Source: a virus
IMG/VR virus record: IMGVR_UViG_3300028024_000077
Location: 8,341 to 72,340 of that record
Length of the DNA stretch: 64,000 nt
Direction: 5' to 3' (one strand)
Below, piece after piece: positions 8,837-18,738 of this stretch. Position numbers and translations under genes: made by a program. Below the pieces are notes generated by a model. It was not told the origin of the DNA, did no database searches, and saw nothing but the letters and a program-made list of their open reading frames with translations. Positions within the stretch are counted from its first letter, which is position 1; every line of letters begins with the position of its first letter.

Positions 8837-10770
8837 AGTTTCATCTGGCAATCGAGAACTTTCTGGCGATCAGCCTGGCTGAGATCGACCTTTCCGGTCG
8901 CGGGCTGCTGCTGATCCAGGGGGACAACCAGGACAATCCTAGCGCCGAGAGCAATGGCGCCGGCAAGTCGTCAGTCCCCGATGCGCTCTATTGGGCGCTC
9001 ACCGGCGAGACGGCGCGCGGTGTTTCTGGCGACGCAGTGATCAACCGGAGCGCCGGCAAGAACTGCCGCGTTGTGGTGAAAGTCACCGACGAAAAAGAGA
9101 CCTACGAGATCGCGCGCCACCGGAAGCACACCAAGGGCAAGAACAGCGTCACGGTCAAGCTATTGGATGCCGACGGCAGCGGGCGCGAGCACGATCTGAC
9201 TAAGGGCACGGACAAGCTAACCCAGGAGGTTATCTTCAAAATCCTTGGCTGCTCGGCTGAGGTCTTCAAGGCTGCCGTCTACTCTGGCCAGGAGCAGATG
9301 CCCGATCTGCCAGGTATGACCGACAAGCAGCTCAAGTTGCTGGTCGAGGAAGCGGCCGGCATCAATCAACTCCAGGCTGCCCACGACATTGCCAAGAAGC
9401 GGCTGGCGACGGCAGAGGCGGTTTTCTCCGACTGCCTGTCCAAGAAGAAAAACCTGGGAGACCGCCTTGAGGATGCTAAAAGCCATCACGAAGGCGCAAA
9501 AGCCCGAGCCGATGAATGGGATAAGGCGCAGGGCGGCCGGATCGCTGACGCAACTAACAGGGCCAAAGAGGCGGTCGATGCGGTCAAGCGGCTGGATACC
9601 GAGATCGCCGGTGACGATCTGGTAGCCAAAGAGGCGGAACGGGATCGCCTACAGGGGATCATCGACGGTGTGGCCGGCGAGCGCGTGAAGGAGGTTGAAC
9701 TTCGCACCACTCTGAGCCGGGCCCAGGCCGAAGAAGCAAAGGCGCAAGTCAACCTCACCAACGCGGCCGGGAAGCTGCGGACGGCAGTCGATAAGCTGAA
9801 AGGCATCGACGCCCAGATCGGCAAAGCCTGTGGCGAGTGTGGCCGTAATCATGACGAGTCCACCCTTGGGGCGGCCAAGTGCGCGCTCAAGGAGACCGCC
9901 AAAAAGGAGAAGACCTCCTACGATATGGCGGTCGAGGCCCGAGCTGCTGCTGGAAACACCGTTTTAACGAGCGCTAAGAGCTTGGAGACGTTCACGGCGT
10001 CAATGACTGACATCAGCGAGGCGACGGCGTCCCTGAGCGCTATAAACGCGTCTATCGTCACTTCCAGCGCACTACGCGACAAGCGCAAGACGGCAGCGAC
10101 GACGGCCAAGAGCCTGGTCGAGCGTCAGAGGGAGATCAAGGCGGAGATAAATCCGCATTTGGCGACCATCACCGATGCCTTGGGCAAGATCGACTACCTC
10201 AAAGTGCAGATCGATAATGCCGATGAGGAGATTGCCGAACAGGCTGCGGCAGTCGAGCTGCGGAAGAAGGCCGTTCAGGTCTATGGCCCGGCCGGCGTGC
10301 GCGCCCATATCCTCGATACTGTGACGCCATTCCTCAATGACCGGACGGCGCACTATCTCGGCGCCCTGTCTGACGGCAACTGCCATGCAATTTGGCAGAC
10401 CCTGACGCCGACGGCAAAGGGTGAGCTGCGGGAGAAATTCTCCATCGATGTGGCCGATGACCAGGGAGCGGAGAGCTTCGCCGGTTTGTCGGGCGGTGAG
10501 AAGCGCAAGGTGAGGTTGGCTACCGCCCTCGCTTTGCAAGACCTGGTTGGAAGTCGGGCGGCCAAGCCGATCGACCTCTGGATCGGGGATGAAATTGACG
10601 ACGCGCTGGACAACGCCGGCCTTGAGCGCCTGATGAATATTCTGGAGCTGAAGGCGCGCGAGCGGGGAACGGTGTTGGTAATCTCTCATGCCGATCTGAA
10701 GGATTGGATCAGAGAGACGCTGACGGTCGTCAAGAAGGGTGGCGTTAGCACAGTGGTTGAAGGTGATTAA
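8833..10770 (+). CDS. sbcC: SbcC/Rad50 (gp46-like) SMC-family ATPase
   Basis: NGAGKSS Walker A, coiled coil with CGEC zinc hook, LSGGE signature, IGDEIDDALD; start reset to ATG 8833. Confidence 0.95.
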   Translation: MKFHLAIENFLAISLAEIDLSGRGLLLIQGDNQDNPSAESNGAGKSSVPDALYWALTGETARGVSGDAVINRSAGKNCRVVVKVTDEKETYEIARHRKHTKGKNSVTVKLLDADGSGREHDLTKGTDKLTQEVIFKILGCSAEVFKAAVYSGQEQMPDLPGMTDKQLKLLVEEAAGINQLQAAHDIAKKRLATAEAVFSDCLSKKKNLGDRLEDAKSHHEGAKARADEWDKAQGGRIADATNRAKEAVDAVKRLDTEIAGDDLVAKEAERDRLQGIIDGVAGERVKEVELRTTLSRAQAEEAKAQVNLTNAAGKLRTAVDKLKGIDAQIGKACGECGRNHDESTLGAAKCALKETAKKEKTSYDMAVEARAAAGNTVLTSAKSLETFTASMTDISEATASLSAINASIVTSSALRDKRKTAATTAKSLVERQREIKAEINPHLATITDALGKIDYLKVQIDNADEEIAEQAAAVELRKKAVQVYGPAGVRAHILDTVTPFLNDRTAHYLGALSDGNCHAIWQTLTPTAKGELREKFSIDVADDQGAESFAGLSGGEKRKVRLATALALQDLVGSRAAKPIDLWIGDEIDDALDNAGLERLMNILELKARERGTVLVISHADLKDWIRETLTVVKKGGVSTVVEGD

Positions 10771-11186
10771 TGGCAGTTACAGAAGAACAAAAGCGAGAGC
10801 GGGAGCAGATCGCCGCCCAAATCAGCAAGGCGGCAGAAGTCGGCGTGTATCACTTCAGGCTGCTCCAGCCGACGACATTGACGGTCAAACAGGGCCATCA
10901 GTTCAAGAAAAAGCCCTTCATTGGCGAAGAGATTTTCGCCGTCAAGACGGCCTATGTCGGGAAGCGGGGCGGCATTATCGTGGTATTCGAGCCATATACC
11001 GCGAGTGAGTACGCCTCGATCGAGATCCCCATTATGGATTGCGAGACGCTTCTGGAGGGCTGGCCGAACTGGCGCGCCGGTGTCCTGAAAGAGTTCGAAG
11101 GCGACGGCATCCACATTCCGTTGAAGCCGGTGGCGCCGACACCGCCTGAGGAACTCATGACCGATCCAAATTTCGGGAGTTGGTGA
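10770..11186 (+). CDS. hypothetical protein ending in FGSW
   Basis: Coupled to sbcC by TAATG. Confidence 0.75.
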   Translation: MAVTEEQKREREQIAAQISKAAEVGVYHFRLLQPTTLTVKQGHQFKKKPFIGEEIFAVKTAYVGKRGGIIVVFEPYTASEYASIEIPIMDCETLLEGWPNWRAGVLKEFEGDGIHIPLKPVAPTPPEELMTDPNFGSW

Positions 11187-11783
11187 ATGGCTCAAATTCG
11201 CGCATTAACGATCGACCCCTCACTCCGAAATTGGGGAATGGGGCGTGTCCTGATCGATATCGACACCCGCCAGGTCACGGTCGAGGAGCTATTCCTCAAC
11301 AAGACCGAGGATGACAGCGGCAAGGTCGTTCGCAAGAACAGCGACGACCTGCGCCGGGCCAAGGCGCTCTATGACGAAATGGTCCGCTTCAGCCAAGGCT
11401 GCTCGATTGCCTTCGCTGAAGTCCCAGTCGGCTCACAGAGCGCTCGCGCCATGGCGTCTTACGGTGTCTGTATTGGCGTTCTGGCCGGCTGTCCGCTGCC
11501 GCTGATCCAGGTGACCCCGACAGAGGTCAAGTTGGCCGGCTTCGGCTACAAGCACGCCACCAAGGAAGAGATGATCCAGTGGGCAACCGAGAAGCACCCG
11601 GAAGCCAATTGGCTCATGAAGAAGCGGGGAGGGGCGCTGACCCCCACCAATGACAACGAGCACCTGGCGGACGCAATTGGCGCCGTCTACGCGGGGATCA
11701 AGACTGACCAGTTCCGCCAGGCAGTTGCCATGCTCAGATCCATGGGGGTGGCTGCGGCAATCCCTGGAAATCCTTCTATTTGA
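11187..11783 (+). CDS. ruvC: RuvC-like Holliday junction resolvase
   Basis: IDPSLRNWG, FAEVP, VTPTEVK..G..HATKEEM, EHLADA. Confidence 0.85.
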   Translation: MAQIRALTIDPSLRNWGMGRVLIDIDTRQVTVEELFLNKTEDDSGKVVRKNSDDLRRAKALYDEMVRFSQGCSIAFAEVPVGSQSARAMASYGVCIGVLAGCPLPLIQVTPTEVKLAGFGYKHATKEEMIQWATEKHPEANWLMKKRGGALTPTNDNEHLADAIGAVYAGIKTDQFRQAVAMLRSMGVAAAIPGNPSI

Positions 11784-11792
11784 CGTTAATAG

Positions 11793-11810
11793 TAAGTCAT
11801 TGCTTACTTC
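11793..11810. promoter_or_regulatory. 18-bp operator-like site
   Basis: TAAGTCA-TTGC-TTACTTC between TTGACG and TATAAT, upstream of RNR. Confidence 0.75.
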
Positions 11811-11860
11811 ATTATAATTAGTTCCCCTTGCGCTCAGCAGGACGGAATTAGGAGAACACC

Positions 11861-14284
11861 ATGTTTTACGACACGCATGTTCAGGCGCGTGCATATGCGC
11901 CTGGCATTGGGCAAGCTGTTGCCGATCGAACCATCAACCGGACTGTCACCGAGCAGTATCCGGCCATCAAGCAGGTCTATGCGACCATCCCGCGCGACGA
12001 TCAGACTTCCCTGGACAGTCAGATCGAAGCCTGGTGTAAGTCCAACAACTATGTCTTTGGCGGCGAATACCGCGTGCAGCACGGCGACGACACGTCGGTC
12101 AATGTCGCCATCGATGTGACCGGCGAGCTGCGCCGCGAAACCTGGGCGGACGTGGCGGAACGCGTCTCGCTCGGCAACTCGCTGCTGACCAAGATCCGGC
12201 AGGACGAGGAGCGCCAGGCGCTTCGCTACCATCTCCGGCGCGGCAGCATCATCATGTCCGGCCGCCATCTCCAGCACGGCGATGAAACCCAGCCCACTCG
12301 CAACCAGGAGGTCTTTACCAACTGCGCGACAAGTGCGGCAAGCTTCCTGACCTTTTATCTGCTGCTGAATGGCGCTGGCGTCGGTCGCTCCTATGACGAC
12401 GACATGATGCTGGTGGACTGGTTCTATATGCCGGTCCTGGAATGCGTCATCGATGACCAGCACGCCGACGCCCAAAGCGGCGAGATCCAGGCGCTGACCC
12501 GCACCCAAGCTGAGCATCTCTATGCCGGCCGCGCCCGCGAGGTCTTCGAAGTGCCCGATAGCCGGGAAGGTTGGGCGGCTGCCGTCGAGAAGATCGAGAC
12601 GATGACGGCAGCAGAGAAGTATCGCGGCTGGACGCTGATCTTGGACTTCAGCAAGGTTCGCCCGCGCGGTGCGCCCATCAAGGGCATGCAAGACCGCCCA
12701 GCTTCCGGCCCTGGACCGCTGATGAAGGCTATCCAGCAGATCGCCCGCATCCGCGACAGCAGCATGGACCCCTGGCGCTCGACCATGTACGTGGATCACT
12801 ATCTTGCCGAATGCGTGCTTGTCGGCGGCGCCCGCCGTGCGGCCCGTATGTCCACCAAGCACTGGAGTGATGAAGGCATTTTCGACTTCATCTCGGTGAA
12901 GCGGGGCGGCTTCCTGTGGTCGTCGAACAACTCGGTGACCACCGATGCCGAGTTCCGCAGCTATATCCTCGATCCGAGCATCAAGACGAAGGAAGCCGAA
13001 TGGGCTCGCCAGGTGCTTGAAGCGATCTGCCAGGCTGCCTATCACGATCGGACTGGTGAGCCGGGCCTGATCAATCAGGACATGCTTCGCGAGAACAACG
13101 TGAAGCTGGAGGATTACGCGATCGGCAACTTCGTCGGTTCGCAGCGCTTCCAGCTCTCCGGCGACGGCAAGAGCCTGATGGGCAAGCTTGCCGAGGCGTT
13201 CCTCGCCAAGAAGCACAAGATGATCACCAACCCGTGCGGCGAGATCACGCTGATCATGTTGGGCGGCTATTGTCTGATCGGCGACAACGCGCCGTATCAT
13301 GCCAAGCCCGACTGGATGCCGACGGCGCTCACTCAGCCGACTTGGGAGATCATCTGGGACACGGAGGCCGAGGACAGCTTCCGGGTCATCACGCGCGCCC
13401 TGATCCGCACGAACTTGATGGATTGCCTCTATCGCAAGGAGGTCAATCGCACCAACCGTATCGGCGTCAGTCTCACCGGCCTGCATGAATACGCCTATGC
13501 CCGCTTCGGCTACGGCTTCCGCGATCTGATCGATGAGGAGAAATCCAAGCCGTTCTGGCTGACCATGTCGCGGTTTGCCCGCGCCGTGCAGGAAGAGGGC
13601 ATCAAATATTCGGCAGAGCTTGGCGTCAATGCGCCGCATACCGACCGGACGATCAAGCCGGCTGGCACAACCAGTAAGCTGTTCAGCCTCTCGGAAGGCG
13701 CGCACTTGCCGGCGCGGCGCGAATATCTCCGCTGGGTGCAGTTCCGCTATGACGATCCGCTGATCGCCAAATACGAGGCGCTGGGCTATCCGGTCAAGCG
13801 GCTCAAGACCTACAGCGGAACGGTCATCGTCGGCTTCCCGACGCAGCCCGAGATCTGCAAGCTCGGCATGGGCGACAAGCTGGTTCTGGCTTCTGAGGCG
13901 ACGCCGGAGAAGCAATTCCAGTGGCTGCGCCTGATCGAGAAATACTGGATCAGGGGCGTGCAGGCTGACGGCGTCACGCCGTTGACCGAGGACACCGGCA
14001 ATCAGGTCTCCTACACCCTGAAATATAAGCCGACCGAGATCTCCTACGAGGCTTTCCGCGATAGCATCGTCCGCAACCAGTTCACGGTGAAGGTCTGCTC
14101 GGTCCTTCCCGAGCTGGATGAGGTGGAGTCGGCATACGAGTATCTGCCGGAGCAGGTCGTGACCAAGCACGATTACGAGATGATCGTGAATGCCATCAAG
14201 CAGGACGATAGCGTGAGGGAGGACGTGGATTTCAGCCACGTAGACTGCGCGACCGGCGCCTGTCCGGTGGACTTCAATAAGTAA
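11861..14284 (+). CDS. nrdJ: class II (adenosylcobalamin-dependent) ribonucleotide reductase
   Basis: ETWADVAERV, SGRHL, FTNC, GGARRAA, EPG, TNPCGEI, TIKPAGT, C-terminal CATGACP; no beta-subunit gene nearby. Confidence 0.9.
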   Translation: MFYDTHVQARAYAPGIGQAVADRTINRTVTEQYPAIKQVYATIPRDDQTSLDSQIEAWCKSNNYVFGGEYRVQHGDDTSVNVAIDVTGELRRETWADVAERVSLGNSLLTKIRQDEERQALRYHLRRGSIIMSGRHLQHGDETQPTRNQEVFTNCATSAASFLTFYLLLNGAGVGRSYDDDMMLVDWFYMPVLECVIDDQHADAQSGEIQALTRTQAEHLYAGRAREVFEVPDSREGWAAAVEKIETMTAAEKYRGWTLILDFSKVRPRGAPIKGMQDRPASGPGPLMKAIQQIARIRDSSMDPWRSTMYVDHYLAECVLVGGARRAARMSTKHWSDEGIFDFISVKRGGFLWSSNNSVTTDAEFRSYILDPSIKTKEAEWARQVLEAICQAAYHDRTGEPGLINQDMLRENNVKLEDYAIGNFVGSQRFQLSGDGKSLMGKLAEAFLAKKHKMITNPCGEITLIMLGGYCLIGDNAPYHAKPDWMPTALTQPTWEIIWDTEAEDSFRVITRALIRTNLMDCLYRKEVNRTNRIGVSLTGLHEYAYARFGYGFRDLIDEEKSKPFWLTMSRFARAVQEEGIKYSAELGVNAPHTDRTIKPAGTTSKLFSLSEGAHLPARREYLRWVQFRYDDPLIAKYEALGYPVKRLKTYSGTVIVGFPTQPEICKLGMGDKLVLASEATPEKQFQWLRLIEKYWIRGVQADGVTPLTEDTGNQVSYTLKYKPTEISYEAFRDSIVRNQFTVKVCSVLPELDEVESAYEYLPEQVVTKHDYEMIVNAIKQDDSVREDVDFSHVDCATGACPVDFNK

Positions 14285-14355
14285 TAGACACGCGACTTAG
14301 GACTGGAACCCTCGCGCTCTCCTGGTATAAATTGGGGAGAGAGAGCGGGGGTTCT

Positions 14356-15000
14356 ATGTTTAATGATCTATTGAATGCTTTGGCGACTCTGCCCGCCTGG
14401 GTCAGCGGGCTTGCGACTATATTTGGGTTCTTTGGTGGTATTTGGGGCACGGTTAAGGTCCTTCTTTGGTGTAAGGGCCTGATATTGCGATGGTTGCCTC
14501 ACGTGAGCGCCATCGTGGCCAAATGGGAGGCAAGCCAACTAGTAAGGGCTATGAGATCCTACCATTGGGCTATCGCAAATGACACGTTGGTCTGCTTAGT
14601 CGGCATTCGAATTCTGCGCGCCTTTAGCATTGGATCGGCTGTGGCAATCTTTCCATGGGTATTCTTTGGCCAGAATGATTGGGTAGATCATCTTGTAATG
14701 CTCGACCGATTACATAGCCCGACCTTTGTCTATGCGTTCATATCGGTGATGCTTTTTTCTTTCGTACTTGGGAAGCAAATTGACTTGCTCTTCGACTACC
14801 TTTATCCACAGGGTCATAGACGAAACCTAATGGGTCAACTATTGACTCTGTTACAGTCGTCCGGGATGAAATCGCAGGCCGAACGGTCGAAGTGGATGAC
14901 TTCTCGAAGTATAATTCCCGCCTACGGCAAGGAATACGAAGAAGCAGAGCGTCTTCTTGAAGCAAACACGCCACGGATACCACGGCAGCCTGCCGAGTAA
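14356..15000 (+). CDS. multi-pass membrane protein, lower GC
   Basis: 3-4 hydrophobic segments; visibly more AT-rich than flanks. Confidence 0.7.
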   Translation: MFNDLLNALATLPAWVSGLATIFGFFGGIWGTVKVLLWCKGLILRWLPHVSAIVAKWEASQLVRAMRSYHWAIANDTLVCLVGIRILRAFSIGSAVAIFPWVFFGQNDWVDHLVMLDRLHSPTFVYAFISVMLFSFVLGKQIDLLFDYLYPQGHRRNLMGQLLTLLQSSGMKSQAERSKWMTSRSIIPAYGKEYEEAERLLEANTPRIPRQPAE

Positions 15001-15045
15001 TTCTTGATTGGAAAACGATAATCATGCTTGCGATCCCAAGAAAAG

Positions 15046-15063
15046 TAAGTCATAACTTACTTA
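15046..15063. promoter_or_regulatory. 18-bp operator-like site
   Basis: TAAGTCA-TAAC-TTACTTA. Confidence 0.8.
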
Positions 15064-15112
15064 CAAGACGGCGCACAAGAAGCGCGAGAGCTAGACAAAA
15101 GGAGGTTGTTCG

Positions 15113-15400
15113 ATGCCCAAGGCACTCGAACTTGAAGACTTTGGTATCTGCGACAACGCGGACGCGCCGGAGGTCAGCGGCGAAATGAAAGAGATCGCCG
15201 GCAGGCTCATGAAGCTGCCATACTGCGATATGCGGACGATGGCCGAAATGTTGGCTACTCTCTTCCAGAGCACCGTCAGGGCTAATCCCGACTTCTTCGC
15301 CGCTTCGCTGATTACCGTCAGCCGCGAGATCCTCAAATCTCCCAGCCCGAAGCCGACCGGCCCGGTCTATCGCGATACGAGGCTCACCAATGCCCGCTAA
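15113..15400 (+). CDS. hypothetical protein
   Basis: AAGGAGG SD. Confidence 0.75.
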   Translation: MPKALELEDFGICDNADAPEVSGEMKEIAGRLMKLPYCDMRTMAEMLATLFQSTVRANPDFFAASLITVSREILKSPSPKPTGPVYRDTRLTNAR

Positions 15401-15593
15401 TAAGCCGATCGCATTCAAGCTCGTCCCGGTCTATGAGCCGGAGCCGGGCGCCATCGTCACCAACCAGGTCATGACCTGCGCGCTCTCCGGCCGCATCCTC
15501 GGCGGACACAACGGCGCCGGCCTCTACCTGGCTCCCGAGATCGTGGACGAGATCCGCTTGGGCCACGTCCGCTATGAGCGAGATCCCGACTAA
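15390..15593 (+). CDS. hypothetical protein
   Basis: Overlapping-start ORF in operon. Confidence 0.65.
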   Translation: MPANKPIAFKLVPVYEPEPGAIVTNQVMTCALSGRILGGHNGAGLYLAPEIVDEIRLGHVRYERDPD

Positions 15594-15763
15594 TGGAACG
15601 GCTCATGTCACTGGACGAGTTTGTCCAACAGCAGCGCCAGGCGCTCGAAAAGTTCGAGAAGAAATGGCGCAAGGAGCATGAGACAAATCCCATCGTCTAT
15701 CCCGGCTCGATGATGCCGGGCGACTGGGACGAGCAGCTCAACTTCTTCGACCCCTCCGAATAA
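15593..15763 (+). CDS. small hypothetical protein (56 aa, not in ORF track)
   Basis: Hand translation MERLMSLDEFVQQQRQALEKFEKKW...FFDPSE; TAATG coupling. Confidence 0.65.
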   Translation: MERLMSLDEFVQQQRQALEKFEKKWRKEHETNPIVYPGSMMPGDWDEQLNFFDPSE

Positions 15764-15775
15764 GGCTTCCACACA

Positions 15776-16699
15776 ATGCAAGTCCAGATCATCGCTGACA
15801 GCATCAGCGAAGCGCATAAGCGCATCACCACGTTCCAGCTCCGCTATCCACGTTTCGTCCATGCGGAACTGATGACCCATCGGGTTTTCAGCCGCAACGC
15901 GCGGTCGTCGCGCGCCGTCCCGACCAAGGTTCTCTTGGAGGAGATCGAGAAGATGCCGGCTCAGCCGCTTGTGTGGGGCAAGAACATGCCCGGCATGCAG
16001 GCTAAGGAAGAGCTGGGGATCTTCGAGCGCGTCGAGGCCCTCGCTGTATGGATGAGCGCGGCACAGCACGCGGCGGCGCACGCGCGGAAGCTGGCGGAGA
16101 TTGGCTGCCATAAGCAGATCGTCAATCGGGTGATCGAGCCATTCTCCTTCATCAACACGGTCGTCACCTCGACCGAGTGGGAAAACTGGTATGGCTTGCG
16201 TGTCCACGAAGACGCGCAGCCAGAGATCCGCATCCTGGCAACTGAAATGCTGCGGGTGCATCGGGCGTCGAAGCCCAAGCTGTTGCGGCATGGCGAATGG
16301 CATCTGCCCTATGTGGTCGATGACGACATTGTCAGGGCGACGGCTTGGACGGTCTCGAAGTATGGCGAGCGAGCGGATGCGAACGATCTGCTGGCACAAG
16401 CCCTGCTGGCAGTATCGACGGCCCGATGCGCCCGAGTGAGCTACAAGGCTCACGATGGCTCTGAGACGAGCATCGGCAAGGACATGGAGCTGACTGACGC
16501 ACTCGTCGGCGCCCAACCCATGCACGCCAGCCCGGCCGAGCACCAAGCGACGCCGGACGAGCGCAACAGCCAGGGCGATCTGGTCTATCCGACTTGGAAG
16601 TTCCCCGAGCTGCACGGCAACTTTGTCGGCTGGAAGCAGCATCGTAAGTTCCTGCTGGGCGAGAAGGTGGCTGCTTACCCCGACGCCCGCGGCCTCTGA
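15776..16699 (+). CDS. thyX: FAD-dependent thymidylate synthase
   Basis: ELMTHRVFSRNARSSRA, KQIVNR, ARCARVSY, HASPAEH. Confidence 0.92.
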   Translation: MQVQIIADSISEAHKRITTFQLRYPRFVHAELMTHRVFSRNARSSRAVPTKVLLEEIEKMPAQPLVWGKNMPGMQAKEELGIFERVEALAVWMSAAQHAAAHARKLAEIGCHKQIVNRVIEPFSFINTVVTSTEWENWYGLRVHEDAQPEIRILATEMLRVHRASKPKLLRHGEWHLPYVVDDDIVRATAWTVSKYGERADANDLLAQALLAVSTARCARVSYKAHDGSETSIGKDMELTDALVGAQPMHASPAEHQATPDERNSQGDLVYPTWKFPELHGNFVGWKQHRKFLLGEKVAAYPDARGL

Positions 16700-16725
16700 C
16701 CAATCAAAAACAGGAGTCCAATCAA

Positions 16726-17205
16726 TTGCTTAACGTCCAGATCAAGCTTGTCCGCCCCGGTCTTTTCCCGAAGAACGGTGAGCCGATGATTTCCGTCCCC
16801 GAATACAAGACGGCCATGTCCGCCGGCGTGGATCTCCAGGCGGCCATCGCCGACCCGGTCGAAATCTGGCCCAATTCGCAGCCGACCATGATCCCGACCG
16901 GCGTCGCTATCTTCATCAACGACCCGAACTATGTCGCGCAGATCCACCCGCGCTCCGGCCTCGGCAGCAAGGGCCTGGTCCTCGGCAACCTGACTGGCAT
17001 CATCGACGCCGACTACCAGGGCGAGCTGCTGATTTGCGCCTGGAACCGTGGGCCGCTCTCCAGCTCGCCCATTGTGATCGCTCCCAGCGACCGCATCGCT
17101 CAATTGATCTTCCTGCCGATCGCGCGGGCCAAGTTCCACAAGGTTGACGAATTCAGCCTGACCAGTGAGCGCGGCGCCGGCGGCTGGGGCTCCACGGGGC
17201 GCTGA
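16726..17205 (+). CDS. dut: trimeric dUTPase
   Basis: SAGVDL, PRSGLG, GIIDADYQGE, DRIAQL, RGAGGWGSTG. Confidence 0.96.
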   Translation: MLNVQIKLVRPGLFPKNGEPMISVPEYKTAMSAGVDLQAAIADPVEIWPNSQPTMIPTGVAIFINDPNYVAQIHPRSGLGSKGLVLGNLTGIIDADYQGELLICAWNRGPLSSSPIVIAPSDRIAQLIFLPIARAKFHKVDEFSLTSERGAGGWGSTGR

Positions 17206-17206
17206 C

Positions 17207-17410
17207 ATGCTGACCAAGGAAAACTTGGACGCTGCCATTGAGGAATGCGAGCGCTTCCTCAAGCGGGCAAAGCGGGCGCGAAAGGCGGTCAAGCCAGATG
17301 ACGTGTTCCAGGTCAGAAACAAGGCGTTCGCCGCCACCAAGCGCGCATCGTTGGATCTCAGCCAGGCGCTCGTGATCCTGCGCTCACCCTATGACTGGAG
17401 GATGAAATGA
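17207..17410 (+). CDS. hypothetical protein
   Basis: ATG 1 nt after dut stop. Confidence 0.65.
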   Translation: MLTKENLDAAIEECERFLKRAKRARKAVKPDDVFQVRNKAFAATKRASLDLSQALVILRSPYDWRMK

Positions 17411-18009
17411 TCGGACTGACCGGCGCGCACCGCGCAGGCAAGACCACGCTCGCCAAACTCTTGGCGGAGAAGATTGGCATTCCGTTCCTCCAACTGCCGC
17501 CGGTGGTCAAGCAAATGGGCTTGTCACCGAAGGACATCGAGCATTTCGGCGTTCGGCTGGAAGTGCAGAGAGCCTATCTCGAAGAGGCGGCGGCACTCTA
17601 TCGGACGCAGCCGACCATCTTCATCACCGACCGGACGCCGCTGGATATCGCCGCCTACCTGTTGGGCGACGTGCGGCAGGATTTGCCGAAACACCAGATC
17701 GACGACGCGATGGAGCTGCTTAACCAGGCTGTCGGCCTGACCAGCAAGACGTTCTCGACCATCATGTTCATTCCGACCGTCCTCAAGTTCGAGGAGCATC
17801 CCGACAAGCCGCCCATGAACCCGGCCTACCAGAACCAGATCGAAACGCTGATCAAGGGCCTGCTCTATCACGACGCCATGAGCTGCCAGTTCTATCTGCT
17901 CGGCGCCCAGGTGACGGACTTGCAGGATCGTCTGACGGTCCTAATGAGCCTTCACGAGCGGCTGTGCGCTGCGATCGCCAATGCCGTCGTCGGCATGACG
18001 CGCCAGTAG
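17407..18009 (+). CDS. P-loop nucleotide kinase-like protein (AAA_28/dNMP kinase type)
   Basis: GAHRAGKTT, ITDRTPLD; next to thyX and dut. Confidence 0.8.
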   Translation: MIGLTGAHRAGKTTLAKLLAEKIGIPFLQLPPVVKQMGLSPKDIEHFGVRLEVQRAYLEEAAALYRTQPTIFITDRTPLDIAAYLLGDVRQDLPKHQIDDAMELLNQAVGLTSKTFSTIMFIPTVLKFEEHPDKPPMNPAYQNQIETLIKGLLYHDAMSCQFYLLGAQVTDLQDRLTVLMSLHERLCAAIANAVVGMTRQ

Positions 18010-18023
18010 TTTGCCCGACAAGA

Positions 18024-18041
18024 TAAGTAAACGATGACATG
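18024..18041. promoter_or_regulatory. 18-bp operator-like site
   Basis: TAAGTAA-ACGA-TGACATG. Confidence 0.65.
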
Positions 18042-18048
18042 ATATCCC

Positions 18049-18089
18049 TAGCCGTTACTGCGACACTTCTAACGTCACAGTAACGGCTA
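18049..18089 (+). other. leader hairpin directly before SD
   Basis: TAGCCGTTACTG/CAGTAACGGCTA perfect 12-bp stem followed by AAGGAGG. Confidence 0.7.
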
Positions 18090-18104
18090 ACAAGGAGGTT
18101 CTGA

Positions 18105-18731
18105 ATGACCAAGATTACCCAGGAATTTGCGCGTGTTCTTGCCCACCGCATCAGTAAAAAGGCGATCGAAGAGCGGATCGCTGCCCTGATTGCCTTCGAG
18201 GACAAGCTGGTGGAGGATATTCACGCCCATCTCGTCCCGGCCGCCGAACTCAAGGCGATGAAGAAGTTGCCCGAAAACTTTTTCCTGAGCAGTTCAACGA
18301 TCCACGTCCCTCATAGGGATTACAGCCATCGCAACCTCAAACACTCGACCAAGACCTTCCTGATGCCTGCGTTTTTCGCTTCCTCCGTTGCCGAGGATAT
18401 GCTGTCGCAGGATCTTTGGGTGCGCATCAAGGAGCGCAACGGGGAGAGCGACAACATCAAGCAGCACGAGCAGGAGATCAACTCCTCTGCCTACCGGAAG
18501 ATCCTAGGCGCCAGCACGCTCAAGCGCCTGATCGAAGCCTGGCCGGCAGTGAAGGATCATCTTCTACCCGAAGAGCTGAAGCCTGCCAGCTATGCCTTGC
18601 CGGCCCTTTCGTTCGAGGATCTCGATCGCATGATCGCCAAGGCCGGCGTGCCGGCCAATGCGCCCAAGACGCCGAGCGCGGCTCGCAAGGCTGCTCTCGC
18701 CCAGCTCAAGGCGCAGAAGGAAGCAGCCTAA
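18105..18731 (+). CDS. Nmad5-like (nucleotide modification associated domain 5) protein
   Basis: Helical protein with TLKRLIEAWPAVK.LLP..ALPA tail recalled as typical of Nmad5. Confidence 0.55.
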   Translation: MTKITQEFARVLAHRISKKAIEERIAALIAFEDKLVEDIHAHLVPAAELKAMKKLPENFFLSSSTIHVPHRDYSHRNLKHSTKTFLMPAFFASSVAEDMLSQDLWVRIKERNGESDNIKQHEQEINSSAYRKILGASTLKRLIEAWPAVKDHLLPEELKPASYALPALSFEDLDRMIAKAGVPANAPKTPSAARKAALAQLKAQKEAA

Positions 18732-18738
18732 CCCAACC

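Noticed and set aside
11834-14239. 801-aa minus-strand ORF and many other long antisense ORFs in the track
   Set aside because: They are shadows of high-GC sense genes with clear motifs; they have no recognisable domains or SDs
2-14284. Inteins or introns in dnaE, recA, nrdJ
   Set aside because: Core motifs are contiguous; no splice-junction residues or homing endonuclease
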